Positions 25,430 to 35,770 are shown, numbered from the stretch's first letter. The stretch is 64,000 nt of DNA from Takakia lepidozioides (GCA_030704615.1 CM060734.1:16244001-16308000), one strand, 5' to 3'. The notes: generated by a model not told the origin, from the sequence alone. Numbers and translations are program-made.

Positions 25430-26400
25430 AAGGCATTTGTCTTCTGGACTTGTTTGGCGGGATCAGCACCGGATTGGCTGCTGTGTTACAGGCAGGTGTA
25501 CGAGTTCGGCGTTACCTGTATGTGGAGAGGGATGAGACTGCACGACGCGTTTCACTTCGCCATGTTGCTCAGTTGGTGCAGCGGTACCCTGAGTTGTTGT
25601 CGGTGTCTGCAATTCGTGGATATCAGCAGGCCTTGCCAGCAGACATTTCGTTGCTGGGGGCGCAGGATTTGGAGCGGGTTGGCTCCATTGATCTGGTAGT
25701 GGCAGGTTGGCCCTGCCAAGGGCATTCATCAGCCGGGCATGGCAATGGATTGCGAGACTCGAGGTCGGGTCTGTTTTGGGAGATGGTGCGGGTTTTGCGC
25801 CACTTGCAGCTTCATCAAGCTGTATCTCCAGCATACATCTTGGAGAATGTGCCACTGATGGGCAATTCTCGGGCCAGGGTGATGGCCAGTGTGCATCAAG
25901 TCCGGTCGTGGCTTGGGTCAGCAGTGTTGCTAGATGCAGCTACAGTGGGGTCACGGGCTCATCGTCCACGGCTATGGTGGACTAACATGATGCCACCCGC
26001 ACTGCTCAAGCGTGCATTTGATGGGGTGCAGCGGCCAGCACATCTCACAGTGGATAACATTCTGGACACAGGGAGGCAGTCTCAACGTGTGAGACACGAT
26101 GACCGTTCGCCTTTGGCAGTGGTCAACAAGGTGGGTCAACCACGAGCAGCATTACCTACACTGCTCAGCTTCCCAGGATCGCATGCTTTCCGGGATAGTG
26201 GACCTGGCCTCCTGTGGGATGCTCAGTTGCAGCAGTTAGTGGAGCCTAATGCTGACGAGCGTGAGCGGGCAATGGGTTTTACCACTGGTACCACGGCGGT
26301 GTCGTCTCTTTCTGAGGCATCACGTCGTCAAGTGTTGGGGCAAGCAATGGATCTCAATTGCTTGACCTGGATTATCAGCTTGGCTCTAGCTGAGCAACGC
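25430..26400 (+). CDS. C5 cytosine DNA methyltransferase domain (DNMT3-like) within pol (ORF 25057..26613)
   Basis: Motif I LDLFGGI, II YVERD, III ADI, IV AGWPCQGHS, V SGLFWE, VI YILENV, VIII AHRPRLWWTN, IX ERERAMGF, X RRQVLGQAMD, all in one open frame. Confidence 0.95.
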
Positions 26401-26840
26401 AGAGTGCGGAATACACTTCCCTCAATGGTCTCTCTGCCTACCGAGACGGTACAGGCAGTGAGTGGGGGCGAGCATGTGAGGACCACGGGGTGCATGCATC
26501 CATGGCACACGTGGGAGGTGCTCGAGGTTCAGAGAGAGTTGGCAGCCAAGGCGGCTGTGATGGATGAGGTTGGGGATTCTTCTCAGTTGAGGAGGTCCTC
26601 AAGGATGAGATGATGGGGCAGGATGATGCCTTGTCATTGACTGAGCAGGTAGGGAGTACTGCTCAAGAGGTTGCAGCATAGCAACCACGGGACGCGTCCT
26701 CTACCTCTAAGCCCACTGGACTTAAGGTTGTAGTTACGGAGGACAATTGGGAGCCTGACATTGGACCCATTGTCACCGGAGGAGAGAGACGACGTATACG
26801 GCGGTTCCTGAGGGCTTACAGGAATTGCTTTGCCTTCAGT

Positions 26841-29816
26841 TTGAAGGACTTGGGAGCACTGAAGGGTCAAGAGATCCGTATTGAGTTGGCCACTGACACG
26901 CCAATCTTTCGGAGACCCTATAGATACAGTGACATGGAGAGGTCTTTGATTCAGATGAGGACTCAAGATCTCTGGGAGGCAGGTTTGGTGGAGCTCTCTG
27001 GTGGAGAGTATGCTTCAGCCACAGTGATGCCAGCCAAGAAGGATGTCTATGGCAATTGGACGGAGAGACGTATGTGCGGTGATTACCGGCCTGTAAATCG
27101 TCAGACCAAGTCCGATAAGTATGCCATGCCAACACCAGAGGAGATCTTTGATGCCATCGGGCATGCTAAGGCCTTTAGCACTTTGGATTTACGATCCGGA
27201 TATCACCAGTTGCCAATCAAGGAGGCGGACAAGCAGAAGACGGCATTCTGGGGGATCAATGAGCACGGCAAGGATTGCCTATATCAGTGGCGGTTCTTAC
27301 CATTTGGGCTTAAGAATGCTCCTGCAGAGTTTCAGAGAGTCATGGATAGGATTCTAGCAGGGGTGGACTTTGCTCGGTGCTACATAGATGACATCATCAT
27401 CTTTAGTGTTACGATGGAGGAGCATGAGAGACACCTTCAGGTGGTATTGGAGCGCTTGAGAGCGCACGGATTGAAGTTGCATCCGGGGAAGTGCAAGTTT
27501 TTCCACAACCAGATTGAGTATCTGGGTCACATGATATATCCTGGAGGATTGGGGGTACAGCAGACTAAGGTAGAGGCCATTGCACAAATTCCACGCCCCA
27601 CGGATGTGAGCCGAGTTCGAGCTTTCATGGGGTTGGCAAACTATTATAGACGGTTTGTCAAGGGATTTAGTACCATTGCAAAGGCTCTAACCAAGCTGAC
27701 CAAGGTGGACCAGGAGTGGCAGTGGGAAGATGAGCAGGAACGAGCTTTTCAAGAGCTCAAGGCGAGGTTGACCTCGGCGCCTATCTTGAGACGACCTATC
27801 AGGGGGCGTCCCTTTCAGCTGCATACGGATTGGAGCATGCTGGGGCTTGGAGCGGTGCTCACACAGGTGGATGATGAGGGAAGAGAGTTCGTAGTGGCTT
27901 ACGCTAGCCGCTCGAACAACGCTGCAGAGGCTAAGTACAGCTCATATGAGGGAGAGTGCTTAGCTGCAGTGTGGGCCGTGGCACACTTCAGGTGCTATCT
28001 ATACGGCAATCTTTTCACCCTTGTCACGGATCACCAGCCACTCAAGTGGTTGATGGAGTCAGACAAGCTTACAGGGAAGCTTGCACGGTGGGCACTTATA
28101 CTCCAGGAGTATGACTTTCAGGTTGTGCATCGACCGGGTTTGGTCAATCGGGATGCGGATGGATTGAGTCGCAATCCATGCATGAGCCAGCAGGATGACA
28201 CTGGAGCTCGGTGGCATGGTGAGACGGACGAGGAGATGGTGCCGGGATGGCACGCATCTGCATTTTTGTGTATCTTGGCATCGGGAGGTCAGATTGGACC
28301 TACAACAGGGATGACTGTAGACGGAGTGTCTGAGGACCCTGAGGCTAGTGATGAGCTAGGTGGTGCCAGAGATATACATGAGGATTCGGCTGTGTTGGAC
28401 TACCTCCGCACGGGAGACACGGCAGCCATTGTGACTGCCAGGGAGAGGGATCGGATCCTGCAACGAGCCAAGAGGTTCAAGTGGGAGGGGATACACCTAC
28501 TTCGAGTGTGGGAGGATGGTCGGGTGAGGATTGTGCCTCACCCCACACAGCGTGCACGGTTAGTGCGGCATGCCCATGAGGAGTTGGGGCATTTTGGAGT
28601 GCGACGCACTCACAGTTTACTGCAGGGGCAGTATTGGTGGCGTGGTATGCATACAGAGGTGCAACAGTTTGTGGCTAGGTGCATGGTGTGTGACAGGGTG
28701 CGTGCTTCATTCAACGCCCCTACACCACAGTTGCATCCTTTACCTATCATGGGATTGGGCTACAGGTGGAGTCTTGACTTCGCAGGACCGTTGCCACTGA
28801 CTATGCGCCACCACAGATATGTGTTGGTGATGGTGGAGCACTTCTCCAAGTGGATTGAGTTGGTTCCATTGCCTGACAAGGCTAGTGAGGGGGCTGCGTA
28901 TGCATTCTTGGATCGTGTGCTTAGCCGATTTGGTGCTCCAGCTGAGGTACTCACGGACCAAGGGAGAGAGTTCTTGGGGGAGTTTCAGGCTTTGTGTGAT
29001 AAAGCCTTGATAGACCACCGCACCACTTCTCGGGATCATCCTGAGGCCGATGGCTTAGCAGAGAGAGTTGTTCAGACGGTGAAGAGGGGTTTGCGCAAGT
29101 ATGGCTTGCAGAAGGGACACCTAGGAGATTGGGATCTTCAGGTTCCTTGGTTAGCCATGGGCTACAGGTTCAGCAAACAAGCATCACTTGCCTCCTTCTC
29201 ACCATATTTCCTTCTCTTTGGCCGAGAGCCGGATTTGCCTGCAGCCATTCGTAGGGACACTGCTCAAGTCCTTAACCTTGACGATCCGGACGTGTGGGTA
29301 CGTGCATGTGATCAGCGTGCAGAGTTGTTCAAGAAAGTCATGCCCATGGCTTTTGAGAACCTTGCCATTGCACAGCACCGTGATACGTTGAGGTATGCCA
29401 CTATACGTGGTGGAGGATATCGTCCTGGGGTTCGGAGGTTTAGCCCTGGTGACTATGTTTATTTGCAGCAGACTGCTCCTACGACTCTGGATGTTACTGC
29501 AGGGCGTGTTATTCTGAGGGTTCGAGAGGTGTTGCCCTCAGGGGTCCTGATCTTAGAGGGTCGGGATGGCATGACTTGGAAAGACCATGTGCGTAATTGT
29601 GCGCCATGTCACCTTCCCAATGTCGATGGCAGAGTTGACCCAAACTTGGCAGTGGTACCTGCAGGTTTGAGGTGCATGCTCTGTGGGTCTGCCAAAGGGG
29701 CAGCCACCATGCTGGTGTGTGATCGGTGCTCAAGGGGTTGGCATATGGGATGCTTGACACCACCTCTTGAGAAGGTGCCTGACGGAGATTGGTTGTGTCC
29801 ACACTGCTTGGGATAG
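26841..29816 (+). CDS. pol: Reverse transcriptase, RNase H, integrase and C-terminal PHD finger
   Basis: RT LDLRSGYHQ, LPFGL, YIDD. RH TDWS, ECLA, TDH, DADGLSR. INT H-H-C-C, DFAG, TDQG, AER. PHD C4HC3 CMLC..CDRC..H..C..WLCPHC. 991 aa open. Confidence 0.95.
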   Translation: MKDLGALKGQEIRIELATDTPIFRRPYRYSDMERSLIQMRTQDLWEAGLVELSGGEYASATVMPAKKDVYGNWTERRMCGDYRPVNRQTKSDKYAMPTPEEIFDAIGHAKAFSTLDLRSGYHQLPIKEADKQKTAFWGINEHGKDCLYQWRFLPFGLKNAPAEFQRVMDRILAGVDFARCYIDDIIIFSVTMEEHERHLQVVLERLRAHGLKLHPGKCKFFHNQIEYLGHMIYPGGLGVQQTKVEAIAQIPRPTDVSRVRAFMGLANYYRRFVKGFSTIAKALTKLTKVDQEWQWEDEQERAFQELKARLTSAPILRRPIRGRPFQLHTDWSMLGLGAVLTQVDDEGREFVVAYASRSNNAAEAKYSSYEGECLAAVWAVAHFRCYLYGNLFTLVTDHQPLKWLMESDKLTGKLARWALILQEYDFQVVHRPGLVNRDADGLSRNPCMSQQDDTGARWHGETDEEMVPGWHASAFLCILASGGQIGPTTGMTVDGVSEDPEASDELGGARDIHEDSAVLDYLRTGDTAAIVTARERDRILQRAKRFKWEGIHLLRVWEDGRVRIVPHPTQRARLVRHAHEELGHFGVRRTHSLLQGQYWWRGMHTEVQQFVARCMVCDRVRASFNAPTPQLHPLPIMGLGYRWSLDFAGPLPLTMRHHRYVLVMVEHFSKWIELVPLPDKASEGAAYAFLDRVLSRFGAPAEVLTDQGREFLGEFQALCDKALIDHRTTSRDHPEADGLAERVVQTVKRGLRKYGLQKGHLGDWDLQVPWLAMGYRFSKQASLASFSPYFLLFGREPDLPAAIRRDTAQVLNLDDPDVWVRACDQRAELFKKVMPMAFENLAIAQHRDTLRYATIRGGGYRPGVRRFSPGDYVYLQQTAPTTLDVTAGRVILRVREVLPSGVLILEGRDGMTWKDHVRNCAPCHLPNVDGRVDPNLAVVPAGLRCMLCGSAKGAATMLVCDRCSRGWHMGCLTPPLEKVPDGDWLCPHCLG

Positions 29817-30060
29817 TGGCAGTGGACATGACTGGAGGCAGCTAACAAGACATGGGAGGCCAAGCTCATAGGAGTCAATACATAAGATCCCAAGCTCAAG
29901 TTCACGGTTGCAAGACGGCGACTAACGATGGGGCAACTCTTGCACCCGGCCTCTTGATCTATCGAGTTTGAGTGTAGTAGGGATAGTGGTGGAGGACTTA
30001 GTGAGGCTATGGTCACTATCACATCTTGTGGCTACCTGGACTTAGAGGGACCTAAGCACC

Positions 30061-30074
30061 AGCTAGGGGGGCGA
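30061..30074 (+). promoter_or_regulatory. Polypurine-tract-like site upstream of repeat B1
   Basis: AGCTAGGGGGGCGA immediately before B1. The same sequence precedes B1' in the second copy (32327-32340, minus). Confidence 0.7.
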
Positions 30075-30781
30075 TTGTGTGGACTAGTGACTGCCATAGT
30101 GGGCAGCGTAGTGGCAGCCTAGTGACTGACTAGTTGTAGCCTAGTGGTTGGACTAGTGGCTGGACTAGTGGTAGACTAGTGGTATACTAGTGTGTGGTGT
30201 GCACATGTGTTGTGTGGTTTTGGACAGCGATGTAGTTGTGTAGCGATATGTATGCGCACGACAGCTGTCAAGTTATTTTACCACTAGTGTGAAACTAGCT
30301 AGGAAATAGCTATCTTTTACATATTGACATTTGGGATTGGCCCAAGTGTCAATCCAGGGGTCAAGGCAGATTTAGGCCCTGGAGTGGTTATCTTCACGGC
30401 AAGCGCGGGAGGCTCATCTTTCTCGAGTTGAGCCTCACCGCGCCTAGCTATGGCGCCGTAGTGTGGATTCCCCATGGCGTGGGGTGCACTTGGCTTGACT
30501 TGTATTTGAGTGATGAGGTTATATATGCATGAGTTTATGCTTCAGCTTTGTGAGCTCGCATGAGCTCGTGCTTGTATTCTTCTTCTTTATCATTGTGTGG
30601 ACTAGTGACTGCCATAGTGGGCAGCGTAGTGGCAGCCTAGTGACTGACTAGTTGTAGCCTAGTGGTTGGACTAGTGGCTGGACTAGTGGTAGACTAGTGG
30701 TATACTAGTGTGTGGTGTGCACATGTGTTGTGTGGTTTTGGACAGCGATGTAGTTGTGTAGCGATATGTATGCGCACGACA
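30075..30781 (+). repeat. 3' terminal B1 (30075-30263)-GC-A2 (30266-30592)-B2 (30593-30781)
   Basis: B1 equals B2 (189 bp, no differences seen). The junction GACAGCTGTC is a perfect palindrome. Confidence 0.92.
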
Positions 30782-30785
30782 GAAC

Positions 30786-31540
30786 CTCCAACACGACGGC
30801 AAGCTCCAGCATCAAACACTGCCACTGAAATGGTGCAGGAGAGAAACAACCCCCTTGATGTGCTTGAGTCCGCATGCCCCGACCACGTTTGGCACATAGA
30901 ACGCACGAGTGTAGGGTCTCGTGTGAAATGTACAGCGATCAGGGCAACTAATTTCGAGAAGTGCACTTCATCTATATCCAGAGGTGGTGCCCGAACTCCT
31001 GCTCCGACTTTCACGGGTTTGATGCGTCCATACGGTCAACCAGAAGCCAAGAACCACAAGTTCTGGTTCTGCGCAGATGATTGTGCCAGATGTGTGCATG
31101 GAACTGTGCGTCCTTCCGTAGTGATGAAGCCATCTCCTCCAACCGTTTGGCCCATGAAGGTGGGAACACATCTCATATTTCAAGAGATTGAAATGCTGGA
31201 GGAGGCAGGCTTTTCCCTTGCGAGACAACCCCAACTCCATGCATGTGCTACTACTTCTACGTCCTCCCGGGTCCCCCCGGCAAATCCTGACTTGTGGCCA
31301 ACCAAACGAGATGGAAAGTTCGTTCGGCGTTTCCCTCCAACTGCTGAACACTTTGGCAAAATGGAGTCCGCAAGAATGCTCCAAGCTCGTGTTGGAAGCA
31401 CCACGGAAGTACCCGATCTAGGATATGGTCGGGTATTCACAATCATCACTTCCACATCTGCTGTTCATGACAGGACCTACGACATCACGGTTTCCAATTT
31501 CCCCAATTGCACATGTCCTGATTTTGTGAATATGCTATCT
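30786..31540 (+). pseudogene. MULE transposase C-terminal part with Cys-rich region and truncated SWIM finger
   Basis: KFWFCADDCARC, YDITVSNFPNCTCPDF. In frame with 18512..18704 and homologous to 51065..51661. Confidence 0.8.
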
Positions 31541-31794
31541 GTCGAATGGCTTTTACTCACCCATCCCTTCGCTATCCGAGGTGGAAACTCCAAGATAGAA
31601 GAGTTGGATATTTCTAAGCACTCAGCCCGCTCAGTACAATCAGTCATGACCTACAGCTAGTGAATCATGGTTGTGCTTCCCAATTGTATTCCTTCTTGCC
31701 TTCATGTTATCAATTCACCTTATCTGATATTGAAGCATCAGATTACTTCAGTATCTACTTAATTCCAATTAATCATGCATTCATTTCACAGCTT
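31541..31794 (-). mobile_element. Fragment of the non-chromovirus Gypsy 5' region
   Basis: Matches 7605-7860 and the reverse complement of about 55200-55457. Confidence 0.85.
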
Positions 31795-32999
31795 TGTCGT
31801 GCGCATACATATCGCTACACAACTACATCGCTGTCCAAACCACACCACACATATATGCACAATAAAGTAGTCTGCCACAATGGATAAGAAAACTAGATAA
31901 ACACACTGTTTACACAAGAAAACAACATGAATCCAACAGCATCACTCTTTAAGATAATAGTTGAGCCAGGGGCACCCCAAGCTATGGGGACTCCACCCCA
32001 CAACAACCTACACTCTCATCATAAGCACACTCAGATCTGAAGCGATGAAGGAGCTCGGTCGCGCAGGCTCAACTCGAGAGAGATGAGCTGCGCGACTGCC
32101 GCTCTCGTGAAGATAAGACGGACCAGGTGTCAAACTAAACTTGACACCTGATTTAACACTTGACCTAAATCCAAGTGTTAAATACAAATAACTAGTTTTA
32201 TTCTAGCTGTTTTCACACTGTGCTTATTTAACTTGACAGCTGTCATGCGCATACATATCGCTACACAACTACATCGCTGTCCAAACCACACCACACATAT
32301 ATGCACAATAAAGTAGTCTGCCACAATCGCCCCCCTAGCTGGTGGATAGGTCCCTCTACCTCCAGATAGCTACAAGATGTAATAGCCACAGCCGTACTAA
32401 GTCCTCTATCACTGTCCCTATTGTACTCAAACTCTATAGACCAAGAGGCCGGGTACAAGAGTAGCCCCATCGTTAGTCGTCGTCTTGCAATCTGTGAACT
32501 TGAGCCAGGATCTCGTGTGTTCAAGGTCTCCTAGTAGCTGGGCCTTGCGTTTCTTGTTAGCCTTCCATGGTTGTATCCACTCCCACTATCCAATGCAATG
32601 TGGACATAACCAATCCCCATCTGGAACCATCTCAAGAGGTGGAGTCAAGCATCCCATATGCCAACCTCTAGAGCATCGATCACACACCAGCATGGTGGCT
32701 GCCCCTTTAGCAGACCCACACAACATGCACCTCAAACCTGCAGATACCACTGCCAGGTTTGGGTCAATCCTGCCATCGACATTCGGAAGGTGACATGGCG
32801 CACAATTACGCACATGGTCCTTCCAAGTTATGCCATCCCGACCCTCCAAGACCAAGACGCCTGAGGGCAAGACCTCTCGAACCCTCAAAATAACACGTCC
32901 TGCAGTCACATCCAGGGTCATAGGAGCAGTCTGCTGCAGATAGACATAGTCACCAGGGTTGAATCTCCGAACCCCAGGACGATAGCCCCCACCACGTAT
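31795..32999 (-). mobile_element. 3' end of a second, diverged member of the PHD/split-repeat Gypsy family
   Basis: Integrase C-terminus and PHD (32586-32999) near-identical in protein to 29400-29816. B1' 32241-32326, GC, A2' 31881-32238, B2' 31795-31880. Junction TGACAGCTGTCA. Confidence 0.9.
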
Positions 33000-35022
33000 T
33001 GTCGCGGCCCATTGCCTTGAGGGCAGGGGGTCAGGACACATGAGGGGCTGCCCCTGTGGTGGGGGCAGCGGCAGCGATAGGTATGGGGGGCTGAAGCACC
33101 CTTGAGTGCCCAAGGCACTCAGGGAAGCGAAGGCGCTCACTAGGTGGAGCCCCGCACACCGGGTTGCGGTGGGGGTGGCTCCATAAGGGGTGGTGGTAGC
33201 TTAGCGGGACTTAGTGGGGGTGGCATAGGACTCACCATGGGAGCGGAGACCTCGTGGTGGGAGTCGTGGGGAGTCTTGGGACTCATCGCGGTCCATAGGG
33301 GCCGTGGTGAGCGGGCCAAGACTCACCGCGACTCATCACCGGGAGTCGAGGGTTTTCGTGGTGGTTCGCCATAAAATGGCATGGCTGGTTGTGAAACCCC
33401 CGCGGACACCTACAGAAGTATATATAGGGAGTAGTAACCCCGAGAACGGTGCAAGCCCGTTGGTGACCAAAAACTAGTGAGTAAGCGAGCGAGCCGGAAA
33501 GCGACCAAAGAGTGGGGAGCTGTTCCGGACTGCCATCTACCAAAGGGAATTCTCCTAGTCCCAAATAGGTGGAGGGTTTAGTGGGAAGCGAAGGGGGACC
33601 GTTATGTCCCGGTGAGCAGCCGAAGCTCCAAGTTGGCCCGGGCGGCCAGGTTGGGAGTCAGGTGCGCGCATCAAAGCGAGTAACTATGACTTGAAGGGGA
33701 GCTTACCAAAGTGAGGTGCGCGACACTTGGTATCAGAGCTTAGAGTTTAGTACGCGATTGTCCTTGGGATTGGCCTCATCATGGGGTCGGGCAAGCCGAA
33801 GCGAAAGCGGAACGGCCCAAAAGATGATGATCCCGGTGAGCCCGATGGGGGCGGCGTGTCACCGAGGCGGCCGTTTGAGGAAGCGATGCATGTTTCCAAA
33901 AACGAGGCCGCCCAAGAGCGGGAGGAATCCGAGGAGTCGGAGCCCGAGGAATCCTTGAGAGCTCCGACAAACCAAGAGATGCCTCCCATGCCGGCAGCCT
34001 TGTGGGAAGGGTTGTTGGCGCAGTTTGGCGGGACGTTGAAAGACGTGTTGAAGGCGGCTAATGCCACTTCCGCTAAGGCAAAGTTTAAGGTGAAGCCTAA
34101 GGAACCCGGCACCTTCGAGGGCGTCCGAAATCGGAAGGCACTCAACACCTGGCTCCTGGAGCTAGAGCAGTACTTCCGGGCGGCCAAGTTGAGTGACGAG
34201 GATCGGGTGGAAGTGGCTCCCACCTATTTGAGGGGCTATGCTCAACAATGGTGGCAGAAACGCCTTCATGACCGAGGCCCAAGCCCGGAAACCTTGAACT
34301 GGAGTGGGTTCAAGGAATTGATGAAGAGACAATTTGTGCCCTCAACGCGTCCTGGCTCGCCCGGGACAAGATGAGGAATTTGAAGCAAACAGATGACATT
34401 CGGGGATATGTCCAGGCTTTCAATGTGATGTTGCTCGAAGTTGCGGACATGGCAGAACCAGAAATGGTCTTCAACTTTGTGGCGGGACTGGCCCCATGGG
34501 CCAGGTGGAAGTTGGAGGAGAAGCCACCCAAGACTTTGAACGAGGCTATTGAGAGGGCTGAATGTTTCTCAGATGTCCCTAGGGGTGAAAGACAAGGCCG
34601 TACGGAGCTGAACCACAAGAAAATTCGGCGGGAAGGTGACTCCTTCCGACCGGAAAAGAAGTGGGATAGGCCACGTGGCAAAAATGGCACGTGGAAATCG
34701 AAGGGAGGGCCTTCACACGTCAAGGCGGCACCCGGTGCTTCGAAAGGAAAAGCGGGTGGAGCGGCTTATGGCGGACAGAAGGCGACCTTTGATGGAGTGT
34801 GTTTCAATTGCGGGGAGCCCGGGCACATGGCCAAGAAGTGCACGAAGCCCCGACAATTGAACATGACTCGAGCGACCACGGAGCTGTCGGAAGATACCAT
34901 CAGTCGCTTGGTGGAAGCGGTGGTCGCCAGGACTTGCAAGGTAGGCAAATTTTCTTGTGAGTTGTATCAGGAAACTGGCGCCTTACGAAAAGGGAGTCAG
35001 TTATTGTTCGTGGATGGGATAA
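33000..35022 (+). mobile_element. Chromovirus Gypsy 5' LTR (33000-33725), PBS-Met and gag; 3'-truncated
   Basis: TGTCGCG...CGCGACA LTR. TGGTATCAGAGC at 33728-33739. Gag ORFs 33781..34374 and 34371 onward, with CFNCGEPGHMAKKC. Confidence 0.92.
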
Positions 35023-35205
35023 AACATTGCCGAACCTCCTTCATCGGGAGGTCCTTCTCCCCCTATGACCGTGAAACCCTAAACCCTATTCCCGCGGACA
35101 CTCATTTCCGGAAAATAGTCCCGCTCATGTTTTTTTCGACACTTACGACTCTGCTCATGGCTCATGCCGCTCATGGCTCATGGTTCATGAAATAGCAGCC
35201 CCCCT
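35023..35205. mobile_element. Terminus of a MULE-like element (similar to 52600-52850)
   Basis: GCTCATG repeats ending CATGAAATAGCAGCCCCC, versus CATGGAATAGCAACCCCC at 52833-52850. Confidence 0.5.
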
Positions 35206-35209
35206 CCCT

Positions 35210-35770
35210 AGATGCTCCTGAGGTACATGTCTGCATCACAGAATGTAACCCGGATAAAGACATCCTACACATCTCCCCCATTTTACGTCTTGGCAAACGT
35301 CTGTCCAAGCTATATGCCCCCCAAGGTCGCTATATGGGACTCATCCCGAATGACCGACTCACTTGGCTCTGGCACAGATATTCTACTTCAAGCCCACCAT
35401 CCAGCCAGCTCACGCCAGATAGGCAAGACTTTGCCATAGAAGTCTGCTGGCTCGTAGACCGCTATCTGATTGATACCCCTCCCAAAAAACCTCGCTCCAC
35501 CCTCAAGCTCACACAAGCCTAGTCTCTTACTACCCTCCCCCCAGACGTTCTTGCACTCCTTATAGATTCCTTCCAAATCACGCACTCTTACTACTCGAGC
35601 CCACTTACTGCCCCATGCTCCTCTCATCATACTCCAGCTCGCACCCCGCGACTGCCTATTTGGAGCCACTGGCTCTGCCTCCCAACACACCTGGGCCGGC
35701 CGCGGTTATGCACACCCGCCCCCAGGCTCTTCCACGCATGACGCTTTGCAATGGGCCCACCTCGCGGCTC
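35210..35770 (+). pseudogene. Dualen/RandI-like LINE, post-RT region with PCIF1-like methyltransferase remnant
   Basis: ECNPDKDI, RLTWLW. Frameshift-corrected SPLT..YSSSHPRDCLFGATGSA..WAGRGYAHPP. Confidence 0.55.

Larger units (their letters stand above)
18705..30781 (+). mobile_element. Ty3/Gypsy-type retrotransposon encoding a C5 DNA methyltransferase and a PHD finger, with split direct repeats (A1-internal-B1-A2-B2)
   Basis: TG...CA ends flanked by a GAAC TSD (18701-18704, 30782-30785). Order gag-PR-DNMT-RT-RH-INT-PHD. Repeats identical apart from two indels in A. Confidence 0.93.

Noticed and set aside
18705-30781. DIRS/Ngaro tyrosine-recombinase element, suggested by the split repeats and methylase
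   Set aside because: It encodes an aspartic protease and a DDE integrase, makes a TSD, has no tyrosine recombinase, and the methylase is C5-type rather than Dam-like.
30710-31660. 316-aa ORF as a single gene
   Set aside because: It starts in repeat B2, runs through the MULE C-terminus and ends in an antisense Gypsy fragment.
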